From assembly GCF_964355755.1 (NCBI RefSeq), contig NC_092672.1, forward strand, positions 33,858,437 through 33,922,436: a stretch of 64,000 bases of DNA. The letters run 5' to 3'. This DNA comes from Antedon mediterranea. Lineage: Eukaryota; Animalia; Echinodermata. Position numbers and translations under genes: made by a program. Positions 46,701 to 59,133 of the stretch are shown one piece after another. The notes beneath the pieces are model-generated. The model had not been told where the DNA came from. It worked only from the letters and a program-made list of their open reading frames with translations, and did not search any database. Position 1 is the stretch's first letter. Every line of letters begins with the position of its first letter.

Positions 46701-48711
46701 GAGGACGACCGGCAGTATTTCTCTCTCTCCCCTGTCTCGTGGCGCGAGGCCCTTCTGAATCGCTCGGCTCTGACAGGTGATACAGCATAGGTCTAACCTC
46801 GCTTTTAAAACAGCCATTTTAACCCAATAAAAATTTCATTAAACAATTAAATTAAAAGTTAAAATATTATTTGGAGTTTTGAAAATTCCACGTTTAAGTG
46901 TAATTTGAACTGTATGTATAGGTTATACATGTTTTCTAGTGGTTCTCCGTAAACGGGAAAATCGCAACTTCTAGTTCTCAAAAAGTTAAATACGACGGAA
47001 TTTCAGACTAAGCTCCACCCACTTTGTTAAAGCTCATGCATACATTATTGAGCACCGTCCTATGGCTTCCCGTCGTGTTTCGTAAAGTCGCTATTGTTTT
47101 TACGGGTTGGCGGAGAAGTTTTTATGGTAATAACCACGACCAGAATGAAGTGGGATACAAGTGATAATAATAATAATATCTATACTTCGTCATCGCCAAT
47201 ATTTAAGCTTGAGGGCACTATGTTCGTAACATACGGAGCCATGACGTCACATGTATGTAACGATATAACATTTTTTAAGCGAGATGGGGAGTACTTTTTG
47301 AGTCAGTCGAATCATCGAAATAATAATAATGGCATGGTCAATCCAAAGTTAAACATATACCAATGGGTGTAGTTGTAGGCCCTTCTGTCATGCCTGTGAC
47401 TTATTGATCTAAGTAAGGAAAACAGAAATTACTAAAAACGTTAATCTATTGTTATTTGAAACTTTTCAGCATTAGGCTTTTAATGAATTATTCAATAGTT
47501 AAAACTTTTCAGCATTAACCTATGTATAATTCCTTAGAAACTCTTCAGCCGATTATAATGAATAATTCATTAGAAAATATTATTATTCGATGAATAATTC
47601 ATAAGAAAATGTTCAGCGTTATCTAATGAATAATTTATTGTTAAATTTTTCATCATTTATTGTGATCTTATTGTTTTTCGATCCTTAACAAAACTATTAG
47701 GATTTTAGAATAACGACATGGTTATCGCAAGGACTAGATGCAACGCAAGTGAGTTGACCAATAACATAATAAGCTATATTCGAATTGCTTGTGATTGATA
47801 AAATCACTAAAGCTTGGTTCTCACTACTATATACTCAAGCTTGGTTCCCACTACGTCAATACGTCGTAGCGTTAAGCTCTAGTGGGAATCACGCTTTACG
47901 TTGTACTTATATCCGATCTTTGCGTTGCTTTTCTAATGGTAATGTTTTTATTTAAACAACATGAATAAACGCTATAAGCATAAGCTTTACAAATATCTGT
48001 ATTTACATATCAAAATACATTACATTTTTTTTTAAGTTCATAATACTAATGTTAAGCTTAGTTTCCACTAGCGACATGACGCAGGAACGTAACGCAACGT
48101 AAGTGATTTGACCAATCACAAGCGATGGATTATTCGAACAGTGGCTTGTCATTGGTCAACTCGCTTACGTTGCGTTACGTGTAAACCAAGCCTTAGTGTT
48201 AACCACTTTGCGACGTTACATTTCAGTTGTTATTGTTGTTAATTTCGGTCAGGACAGTTACTGCTCGTTTGTTATTTTAGTATTCATGTTCATAATTTTG
48301 AAGAATATCGAATTTTATTTTCAATATGCATAGTTAACAATGTAAAGTGTAGATAGATTAATATAAAGCACTTCCTTATACAAGAAATTGAATCGTTTGT
48401 TAATGCATGAAATATGCTCCATTCAACGAATATAAACATCCATTATTTGTTTATAACACACCTACTATGAAGTATTGTTAGAAACTGTAATTATCACAAT
48501 TAATTATTAGATTTCACTGTAGCAGGTAGAACCACGAAAAACCTTACTCTATGTTAGAACTAATAACCAGTCGCAAGTGATGAGTATTTTAACTAATCAA
48601 ATGGCAAGAATACAAACTCAGTTGTGTTAAATGATGTTTATCTATTTCTTATACTTTGAGGCACCATGATAAATGAGATGCATACCGTACATGTTCAAAT
48701 CGATATGTGCA

Positions 48712-49493
48712 TTTTTAGTCGCGTGGACGCGACTCTGTAGTTCTCTATGTCGGTCGGTCGGTCTGTCTGTCTGTCTGTCTGTCTGTCGGCCTGTCTGTCT
48801 GTCGGTCTGTCTGTCGGTCTGGTATCACTATGCGTTTTATCGCTTTTCTGTACTTTTTTAACTGTTTTGATGTCAACATGTGGGCATTTACGTGAAATTG
48901 TGCACCTCCTATTGTGAATGACGTTAGAGTTGCGCAACGTGATTTACGCGCGATTTAACGATTTTCTCGTATTTAACATAGGTCAAAAACCAAATAACAT
49001 TTTAAATTGAAACTTTGCAAAAGTTTAATTTATATCAGGCGCTAACTTTCTGTTGAAAAAAAAATGTGTGTTTTACACAAAGTTACGCGCCCACGCGCAT
49101 TTAAAATTAAAATGCGCAACTTTCTACGCGTTTCTTGTCATTTTGAGCATGTCAAAAATTCCCATACGCGTGCAAATTTTTACGCGCGCGGTGCGCACGT
49201 AGCGTTAAATACATACTTTTTTCGCGTGATTTATGTTTTTGCAGCCTTTTCTAATCATTTTACCAACTTTTAAACAATTTCGACTTAAAATTACGTCATA
49301 CGAGCACGTCGAATTGGATAATTTGCGCACGTTTTTGATGAAAAAGTTCAAAAATTCGTCAAAATTATGCCTTTTTAGTCGCGTGGACGCGACTCTATAG
49401 TTCACTATGTCGGTCGGTCTGTCTGTCGGTCTGTCGGTCTGTCCGGTATCACTATGCATTGTAGCACGCGACTTAATGGCTGTTGGCCTTGTT
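48712..49493 (+). mobile_element. Helentron-associated (DINE-1/HINE-like) element with a duplicated 5' module
   Basis: TTTTTAGTCGCGTGGACGCGACT palindrome plus (GTCT/GTCG)n at both 48712 and 49373. The 3' end has subterminal GCACGCGACT, the short hairpin GGCTGTTGGCC and TTGTT. Confidence 0.65.
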
Positions 49494-50703
49494 GTACGTC
49501 ATTGTGATAGTCAAACAACAAATGCGCAGAGTATTTATATTATAATATCCTTTGTTTATAAAGCACTTTATGATGTGAAACCTATCTAAGACCAGATCAT
49601 ACAGTAGAAACTGAGGGAAAAAACTACACACAACCCGAAGTATGGGGATACGCCCTTGTCGGTAACCAGGGTTCGGTTTAAATTGAACCCTGGTGAGCAC
49701 TTACCAGTTGTGGCTCGGTCATCTCGGACTCGAGCGTCTCCTACTCTAGTTAAGAAACTGAAACTCATAAAGTGAATAGCTTTACTTTATTCTTAAGTTA
49801 GGGAAGACAGAAAGTCCCTGTCCCTGTTTACACTTATAAATATTGTAATTTGATTGATATGTGTTTCTTATGTATTTTTAACTAATTAATGTGCGCATGA
49901 GCTGAGAATATTTACCGTCCATCCGGTTCGGGGCGGATTTTTCAAGCGGGGAAACTGCCGAGGATTGCCGAACTAAGCATTTGGAAGTTGCAAAAAAATT
50001 GGTTAAAAAAACCCCTTTTTTGTACAAATTTGCTGTTCTAATACAGACTAATGAATAAAGGAGGATTAAAAGGTGTCCCAGCTCGAACGGCGTTATTATT
50101 GCGGTTTAGGAGGCGATAGAGGAACAAATTTTGGCTTAGTGCTATTATAATATAGAAATAAATATATAGATGATTTCGTTGCTTCAGTTTTGGTAACTAT
50201 AAAGATGTCAACAACCTCTGTATAGAGTATAGACATAGTAACATAGTATTGACATAACACAGACAGCTTTAATTTGTTCACGGTAAATAAACGAATACAT
50301 TTATTATATTATTATTATTATTATTGTTTTGCGCATTATTTATTGTTTATGGTATGTTGCGATGGTCACCATATGTTTTATGTTTATCTATCTTCATTAT
50401 GAATATTATTAGATATTTATTATTTGTAGAAAAACAAAGAAACATAGTCTATAGCATGTACATTGAAAATAGGGTATTTGTTTTAATGGTCATAAAATAG
50501 AGGCATATTGTATAAAGGTTTGTGCAGTTTGTTGGTTAAGTTAGAGTAACGTCACAGTCACGAAAACGGTCAGTTTGTAACTAGATATACAGACGCTTGC
50601 TAAGTATAGTAAGTGTAAATTTGGCGTTTATTTAATGGTTTGTAAAGAAACACTGAAGTTTAAAGACAATTCGTGAAGAACTTTATGCCAAAAGGCACAA
50701 AAG

Positions 50704-53700
50704 ATGTTCGAAATCAAGATATTTAAACTTGCAGTCTCGTGTATTGTTCTACTGCCGTTAACTATTTGTTACGGGTTTGTGGAATGTGATATCAAGCCAC
50801 CAGAAACGTCACCTTCTCACTTCTACGGACACCCTAACACAGCAATGTCAAAAGAACTTGGCAAATACAAGGCAACGCAATACGAGTGTATGCAGCTTTG
50901 TCGAAAGGACGCACGTTGCCTAGCTTTTATGTACGCTGCTGATACGCAAGAGTGCGCGACGTTTGATCGGGATAGCGTCACTGGACCGGAACACATGGAG
51001 ACGGTATCTGGTGTCTGGTTCTATGACATGCGACGAAAAAGAAAAGATTTTACTCGGGTAAGTTTAAAATGAAGTTCATATCATATCATATCATTTATTT
51101 CGCCAATATACAGAACAGTACAAAAAAAAACAATACAAAAGTAAGTCAATGAGGCCGGATAACCTAAAAGTTATAAATAATAATAAGTTTTATCTTTCTA
51201 CATTTCAACCCCGGTTCCCAGTCCGAAAACAATTTACTAAAATGAATGAATGCCCAACCCCATGTTTTAAAATGTTGTAGTGCGGTTTATAATCTTTTCT
51301 TACGATTTCCTTGGGATGCTGATAAAGCATGTGAGGCAAAAATGTTAGAATGTGTTTATTGGTTATAGAGTTATCTTGGGGCATGCCAGGCAAAGAGCAG
51401 ATGCGTCAACGGAGGCTCGTGTGTCAATGACTGTTCAGAACTGGGATACACCTGTATATGTCCAACATGTTTTTACGGGAAGTTTTGTGAAAACAGTAAG
51501 TACAGTATATAGTCTTCTCTTGCCTAAAGCTCTGTCTACACTAATATGGTAGTGATATACCCAAATATGGTAGTGATATGATATCATAATGGCCATATAT
51601 GGGCGTATCACATTTTTGTCGCATAAAGTTTGATAGTGTAGACACCAGAGTTTAAAACCCGTTTTCTACTAGTTGAATTTAGTCACGTGTATCAAATTAT
51701 TTCGCAGAGAAATATCGCGCTCCCCTTTTCTAGCAGACACTTCTTTCCGCGTGAATAAACAGAATACAGGCTTAAAATGGTCTTTCACCCTTGTTTTCAT
51801 GACGCTCCACGCGGTTATGCACAAAACAGAAAATGGTGAATTTAGACTCTAGCAATCATCTTGTGTATTTAATTTACAGTTGATTATGCAGACCATTCTT
51901 ATTTGGGCCGTGTATAATTTGAGCAGTGTTAAGCTGACACTTTAACTTGAATCTTTCAGAATTTATCCATGACTATGAGTTTAAATCAAACATTGTTGGT
52001 ATATCATCAGCAAGCAATACGGCGTTCACATACAAGAACAAACATTATCTTGTGATTGGAGGATAGTAAGTATCTTGAACTTTGACAACAGCGATTAAAA
52101 TAACAAGCAAAACAAAGACGAAAGCCACGCTTTTTTAAACTATCACTTGTATACTGTATAACCTATAATATTGTCCTGCAAAGAAGATGAGAAATGGTTC
52201 TCGAAACTCAAGTTCAAGACTGTTCGGAATTTAATTAAATGCCTTGTTATACTACGTATGTTTGTCCGTAATTGTTGTGCTATAATATATGATTATAATT
52301 ATTTTATTACGAAAAATCATTCAAAAGACTTGGTTCCCATTTGCGTCCAACACAAAGACGTAGGCGCAACGTAATTGATTTGACCAATCACAAGCGATAG
52401 ATTGTTCGAACTGTCGTTTGCCATTGGTCACTAATAGGCTTACATTGCGTATACGTCCTTGCATTATAAGTGAACGGTCTGGAAACATTTGGAGAAATTT
52501 TTGTTTACATTTCAGTGACGGTGCTTGTGGAACTCCAATAATATACAGATACAACAATACTAATAAACTGTATGAACATTACCAAGATTTGACTAGAACA
52601 AGTGATGTACAAAAAGTTGAGAATTTTAAAATAAATGGACAACTCTATATTTTGCTTGTTGCAGACAGCAGAATAGTTTACGTCTACAAATTTAACTCAC
52701 ATACAGGTAAGGGTACTCTACTTATTATTGCATATTGATTGATTGATATTGATTGATATTGATTGATATTGATTGATATTGATTGATATTGATTGATATT
52801 GATTGATATTGATTTATTGATTGATATTGATAGTGATTGATTGATGTTGATTTATTGATATTGATTGATTTATATTGATTGATTTATAATGATTGATTGA
52901 TATTGATTTATTAATTGATACTGATTGATATTGATTCATTGATATTGATTTCTTGATTTTTACTTGCTGTATGTTTTGCTCTCCAATCCATTTTTCGTTT
53001 TTCTGTCCAACTTATTCTGAAACATCCATCTTCCCACACTACTTTAATTTCTATTCTATAAAAATATGTAATTTTATTTGTTTTAGGTTTTTTCGAACAA
53101 CATCAAGCGATGGCAACACAAGGTGCATGTGATACATCGTATTTAGAATTGACTACAAATCATTATTTACTTGTGACTAACGGAACATCATACGAAGTGA
53201 ACTCAACGGTGTATAAATGGAATTTTACCAGTAACCTATTCGTGGAGTATGCTCAGCTACCAAGTCATGGGTCTCTGAGTGGTAAACTATTCTCAGTCGA
53301 TGGTATAATGTACGCGGCAATAGCAAATGTAAATGGAACAGCATCAGCAGCTCCAGAGGTTTGGAAAATAAAAGAAAACTGTAAGTGATATAAAGTTGAT
53401 AATTTTATTTCCTTTCAGTTACATTATAATATAATGTAGCTCGTTTGCTATGACCAAATATCTAGCTTGTCTCTAATTTGTGAATATTTGTATGTATAGC
53501 GGAAGGTGATGGTTAGTGGTGGTGCGCATTTGGTATACCAATTGACAATGTATGGATGCTCACGCGAGGCAAGGTATCATACATTATCAGTGAATAATGC
53601 TAATTTATCGATTCAGATACAGCATATTTTTTTTATAGTTAAAACCGATTTCCATAATCGTTTTGATGAATGGACTCAAGAAAATGTTGATACGTCATCA

Positions 53701-56413
53701 GTGGGTAAGTGCGTACAGGTTGAAAGAAATTGCATTACGATCCATCCATCATCCATCGCAGGGTTTGGTTTTAAAGAAACACTTCCTGTTTTGCTTCCGT
53801 TGAGAGCTAATCAATGTAATAAAAAAGGTTGATACAGTAAAGCTCTGTCTACACTATCAAACTGTTTTTGTCAAACTAGTTTATAGTGTAGACAGAGCTT
53901 AAGATATTAGATTAAGTTTCAGCAAAATAATAAAAGCCATATAAGATAAATGCCAATGTTGTTTATTTCTGTTTTATAGAGGATTATTAAGGTATGTTTA
54001 CATACATTGAATCAGCATCTGTAAAAAAAGGAATGTCAGCCTCTATCATTTGGGTTTTGTATTTTCAGTATGTTTTGAAAAGGTGAAGCTTTCAAATTAA
54101 CCTACCGTGCGCATGCGGACGGCCAAATTGTTCAACTTCCGTTCATTAGTGTATTTTTTTTCTTTTAGTTAACATTGATTTTCAGCTAAGTTTTGATGAC
54201 TGGACTCAAGAATATGATGACGAGTTTGACTGGACACGGATTCATGGTTCTACGCCATCAACAGCCACTGGACCCTCAAACGGTCATTCTGGGTATACGG
54301 TTATAGGTGCGTATGTTGGTATCTATATATAAATTTCCAAAACTGTTGGAATTTTAGACTAAATATCGGAAAATTTCAAAAGGATACACAATGTTGAATT
54401 ATAATTGTTGCTTTTGTTTATTTCCACTTATAGCTGATCATTATGTTTATATTGAAACATCAAGTACAATAACTGAAGGGATGTCAGCTTGCCTAAAGAG
54501 TCCACCATTGTTATCACCAGGGCAGCAGATATCTTTATCATTCTTTTTTCACATGTTCGAGGCTACTACTGGAAAACTCAAAGTTTACAGAACGTCAAAC
54601 CTGGGAGACGAACTGTTATGGACAAGAAGTGGTAACTATGGAGATTCATGGCGCTCTTCTGGAGCAATACAATTTACACACAATGGTGATGGAGACAACT
54701 ACATTGTGTTTGAAGCAATTAAAGGGAGTTCCGATGCTGGTGTTATTGCAATTGATGACATTCAATATAATGATGGTATGCAACTTTAACATTTTGTGAT
54801 ATATTTTTTTTAAAGATTATGGAATTACAGTACTGTTATACTACGGTATATATTACTAAAATAAAAAAAACATTTCTTTTGATACAGGTCCGGCGGCCGT
54901 AGAATAAGTCTTGAAAAAGAATAGAATCTTTTACACATAACGTCGTTCGTCTACGGATTGTGCCCAAACTCTACAGTCTATGGTTTTTGTCCAATTTTTT
55001 TTTTTTTTTATAGTACAAACAGATTTCCAGACAGGTTTTGATGGCTGGGTTGAAGTAAATTATGATGAGTTTGATTGGACACGGATAAAAGGTGCAACGG
55101 GATCAACAAACCGTACTGGACCAACGAACGGCCATACAGGTAAATATTATGTTTGTAGGTGCTAGGGGATTGGAGTTATTCTATTTTTGATACAGTAAAA
55201 TATTGTACTAAATTTCAAAATACCATTTTGTTCACTTCAACAAACATAGGTGATTATTATGTTTACATTGAAACATCAAGTCCAATAACTGAAGGGATGT
55301 CAGCTCGCCTAAAAAGTCCAGTTCTACCAAAAGGTCAATATGTTACCTTGTCATTTTTCTACCACATGTACGGTGGTACTATTGGAACACTCAACGTTAA
55401 CAGAACGTCAAACGTGGGGGGCGAACTGTTATGGACTAGAAGTGGTAACCAAGGAGATTCATGGCGTAATGCTGTAGTAAAATTTGAGCAAACTGGTGAT
55501 GAATACAACTACATTGTGTTTGAAGGCATTAGTGGAAGTGACTTTACTGGTGACATTGCAATTGATGACATTCAATATTGCTGCAGTAGTATGTATACTT
55601 TAAAATGTTGTTATAGTTAGGATTAATATTATACAGTACTGTAGGCCTAGCTATCCTGTATACTACCGTAATCATCATTCTAGTTTGTGCTTTCATCACC
55701 TTTTTTTAACGATCACTAGACGAATCGAACACTTTCTGGGCAACTGGAATCGAGACATTCACAAATGATGGCGATACTTACTTAGTAGCTGTGAATCCAT
55801 TGGAATGTGCACATACCATAATAGTGTATAGATGGGACAAGTCGTCTGAAGAATTTAAAATTCATCAACGTATTCCTGTGGAAAATTGTCCCACGAGATC
55901 TACTATTTTCAAAGTAAGTACTACCCATGTGAATCAGCCTCCTCTTTTTCACACTAATACAAAATTACAGGGTAATAAAAATATAGATTGAAATACTTAT
56001 ACTGTACTACTTATTTTTTCTGGAAATTGAAAAATTGGCTCTCTAATTGGTGATCTTTGAGACTTTTTGCAGTTGTTTTCTAAATCTGTAGTATGTATAT
56101 TATGTAGGCCCTACTATGTCATTGAAGATGTTCTCTATATTTACAGGTTGGCGGAGAAATGTTTATGATAATAACCTCAAGCAGAACGGAATCATTTGAG
56201 TCTGATGACGATCTTGAACTCTATACTACGTCATCACCAATATTTAAATTAGAAGGGAGTATGTTCGTAAGTTACGGAGCCATACCATCACACGAATGTT
56301 ATGATATAATATTTTTTGAGCGAGATGGGGAGTACTTTTTGGGTCAGTCAAATAAAAGAAATGTTAGTGGTGGCATAACTACTCCAAGCTTCAACATATA
56401 CCAATGGGTGTAG
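50704..56413 (+). CDS. B3: secreted PAN/Apple-EGF-EAR propeller protein with two inserted MAM domains (~847 aa, apparently intact)
   Basis: Exons 50704-51057, 51369-51495, 51960-52065, 52516-52706, 53087-53380, 53639-53704 (mini), MAM 54169-54306 + 54434-54775, MAM 55014-55139 + 55250-55588, 55720-55913, 56147-56413. All are GT-AG; the sum is 2544 nt with continuous frame. Confidence 0.87.
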
Positions 56414-59133
56414 TTGATGTAAAGTTTAAAACGTATGGCGCTCGTTGATTTATATTCAAACTGGATGGAAGTTTGTTCGTAAATTTGTTTTGTATTGAAT
56501 TTTGTTTATTGATATGTATTGTTGACGTGAGTTTTGTTAAGCACGTCTTTTGACGTCTTTTTAACTCGACAGACTTTTTTGTTTTTTATTGTCGAAAGAT
56601 TGAAAATAAAAAATCAATATATAAAAATAAATAAATTAGGGAGTCATAACGTCATATTACTGTTCTTACAACGAGATGGAAAGGGTGTACTCTTTGAGGA
56701 AGTTCATGGCTACACTACATTTCCTCCTCCATGGTCAGTCGAACCTTTCGGAGGAGTGTACAGAAGGACCGATAGACTCAATAGCTGCGTCACATGGCTC
56801 GTCGTACAAAAACGAATTACACGATAAAAGTTAAGTTAAATGCTATACGTAGAATGCAAATATTGAGGAGGATTGTTTTTTCCCTGTATCTAAACATCTC
56901 ACACAAAACCCCAAATAAATGCACACAATTTATCGTGTTAGTTTGATTATTGTTATAAGTAAAATCTGTGGCGGTTTAATTACAGGATTTTTAAAATAAT
57001 TTTATTTTGAACGTAACCTAATGTATCTTTTGCAGAATCCGCGTATATTGATATAGTGAAATTGTTTTAAACGAATGTGCGTTGTAATAAATAGGTTTGT
57101 TTCTGCCTTTAACCGATATTGTTTAATGTTTGTTTGACAAATTTTAATATTACTTGCTGTAGTAATCTTGTAATATTTATATATGTATAAATCTATAGAA
57201 GTCTTATCAAGGTAAAAAGTGGTCAGAAAATAGACAAAATAGAACTTGAATAGTATAGCTATATCCCTGTCGCTCTACATGTTGTCTACTACTGTACTTA
57301 GTTGTATAACGTAACGTGATTATAAACGTAACGTGATATGTTGTCATGTTGCCTCCGTTCTAAGCGACCGTTACTGTTTGTTTGTTATTTTAGTATTCAT
57401 GTTCATGTTTTCGGAGAATATATTATTTTATTATTTTCAAAACGCATAGTTAACAATGGTTTAATTTAATATAAAGCTTTTATCAGATGTAGGTTAAAAT
57501 TAAAAGCACGTCTTTATACAAGAAATCGTTTGTTAATGTAAAGTTGAATATATTGTAATGCAATATGATCCATTCAACGAATACAAAACAATCATTATTT
57601 GTTTCATAACACACCTACTATGAATTCTTCCAACAAAATAAGCCTGTGAATTAGGGCCAATTTACAGAGACGAGTGGTAACGGTAAGCAGAAAACCACGT
57701 AGCTTTTCACACGTATAATATGTAGCTATCCTGAGGGAAACCGCCCGTCCACTCCGCGTTTAGTGTGTAAATCGTCATAAGGAATAACATCTATGTTGTA
57801 TTACCGTTACCGTTTGCCTGTGTAAATTGGCCTTTAATTGGAATTTACATTTTGTTTTTCATACGCGAAAAAATTCATTCACTTTATTATTCCACTTTTG
57901 AATAAATCATAAAATATAGTTTATCATCCAAAAAAAAAAATCTATAGGAGCAAACTTAACTATCTGATGAATATTGATGGTTAAATATTTGGTTGGTAAT
58001 GATTTAATGTTTAAAGATAAATTATTCAATAAAAAAGGTTCGTTAAATCAAAGAGTTTTTCCTGAGGGAACAAAAATAGACTTATTTCTCCATAGTAGAA
58101 GCAAAGAGATGGTACAACTAATACCCAGTCGCAAGTGATGCGTAAGTAACCAATCAAATGGCAAGAATACACTCGTGTGTGTTAAATGTTGTTTATCAAC
58201 TTCTTGTACTTTTAAATACGCAATAGTCACCACCGTTTTCCGCGGTGCAATCGCGGCGCCTATGCTTATAATACACTGTGGTGGGTTTTTTTTTCTTTTT
58301 TCTTTTCAATAACACAGTTATGTAGGCTGATCATTTAAGAATATTTTACAATAATTGATTTTCTCATACGATCCTTCATTCAAGAGTTACAATTTTTTAA
58401 TTAACATGGTGTCCTGAAATCTCCTGAAAACGTTGTTATTTCTGTTGGTTACGCTTCCCTGTACAGCATTGTTTGTCATCAATCAAAGATGTCTTCCGTG
58501 TCGTGAAAAAAAGGCGTATTACAATGTTGTTTACATTTTGTTTGGTAACTACTGCTTCAATCTTCCCTGGTTATTGTTTATGGTATGTTGCGATGGTCAT
58601 GATGTTTATTGTTTTATGTTTGTCTTCATTAGATATTTATTATTTGTAGAAAAGTGTTTCTATAAGACCTAAACATAATTCATAGCATGTAGATTGAAGA
58701 AAAAAAACGGTATTTGTTTTATTGGTCAAAAAATAGATTGTTGTTACTGAACTAGTACGATCACTCGACGAATCGGACGCAGCATCAACTGGAATCGATA
58801 CAGCATTATTTAATGAATAATTTATTTGCGATGGTCAGCATATGTTGTTTTGTGTTTATCTTCATTATGAATATTATTATATATGTATTATTTGTAGAAA
58901 GGTGTTTTTCTAAGAAGTATAGCGTATAAAGTAAGGTCCGTGCAGTCAGTTGGTTAAGTTATCAGGAAAACATGTTAAGTAACAGATTGAAATACATTCA
59001 GAAAACAGTCAGTTTGTAGCGGGTCTCACCTGCTAAGTATAGTGTAAATTTGGCGTTTATTTAATGGTTTGTAAAGAAACACTGTAGTTTAAAGACAATT
59101 CGTGAAGAACTTAATGCAAAAAGGAACAAAAAG

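Larger units (their letters stand above)
40906..47372 (+). pseudogene. A2: subtype-A PAN-EGF-7xEAR gene, disrupted
   Basis: Exons 40906-41256, 42223-42349, 42918-43784 (exon 3, split by a LINE fragment), 44321-44523, 45394-45699, 46075-46292, 47106-47372. Lesions: LINE insertion in exon 3, TAT>TAA at 43765-43767, and last-exon acceptor AG>GG at 47104-47105. Confidence 0.88.
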
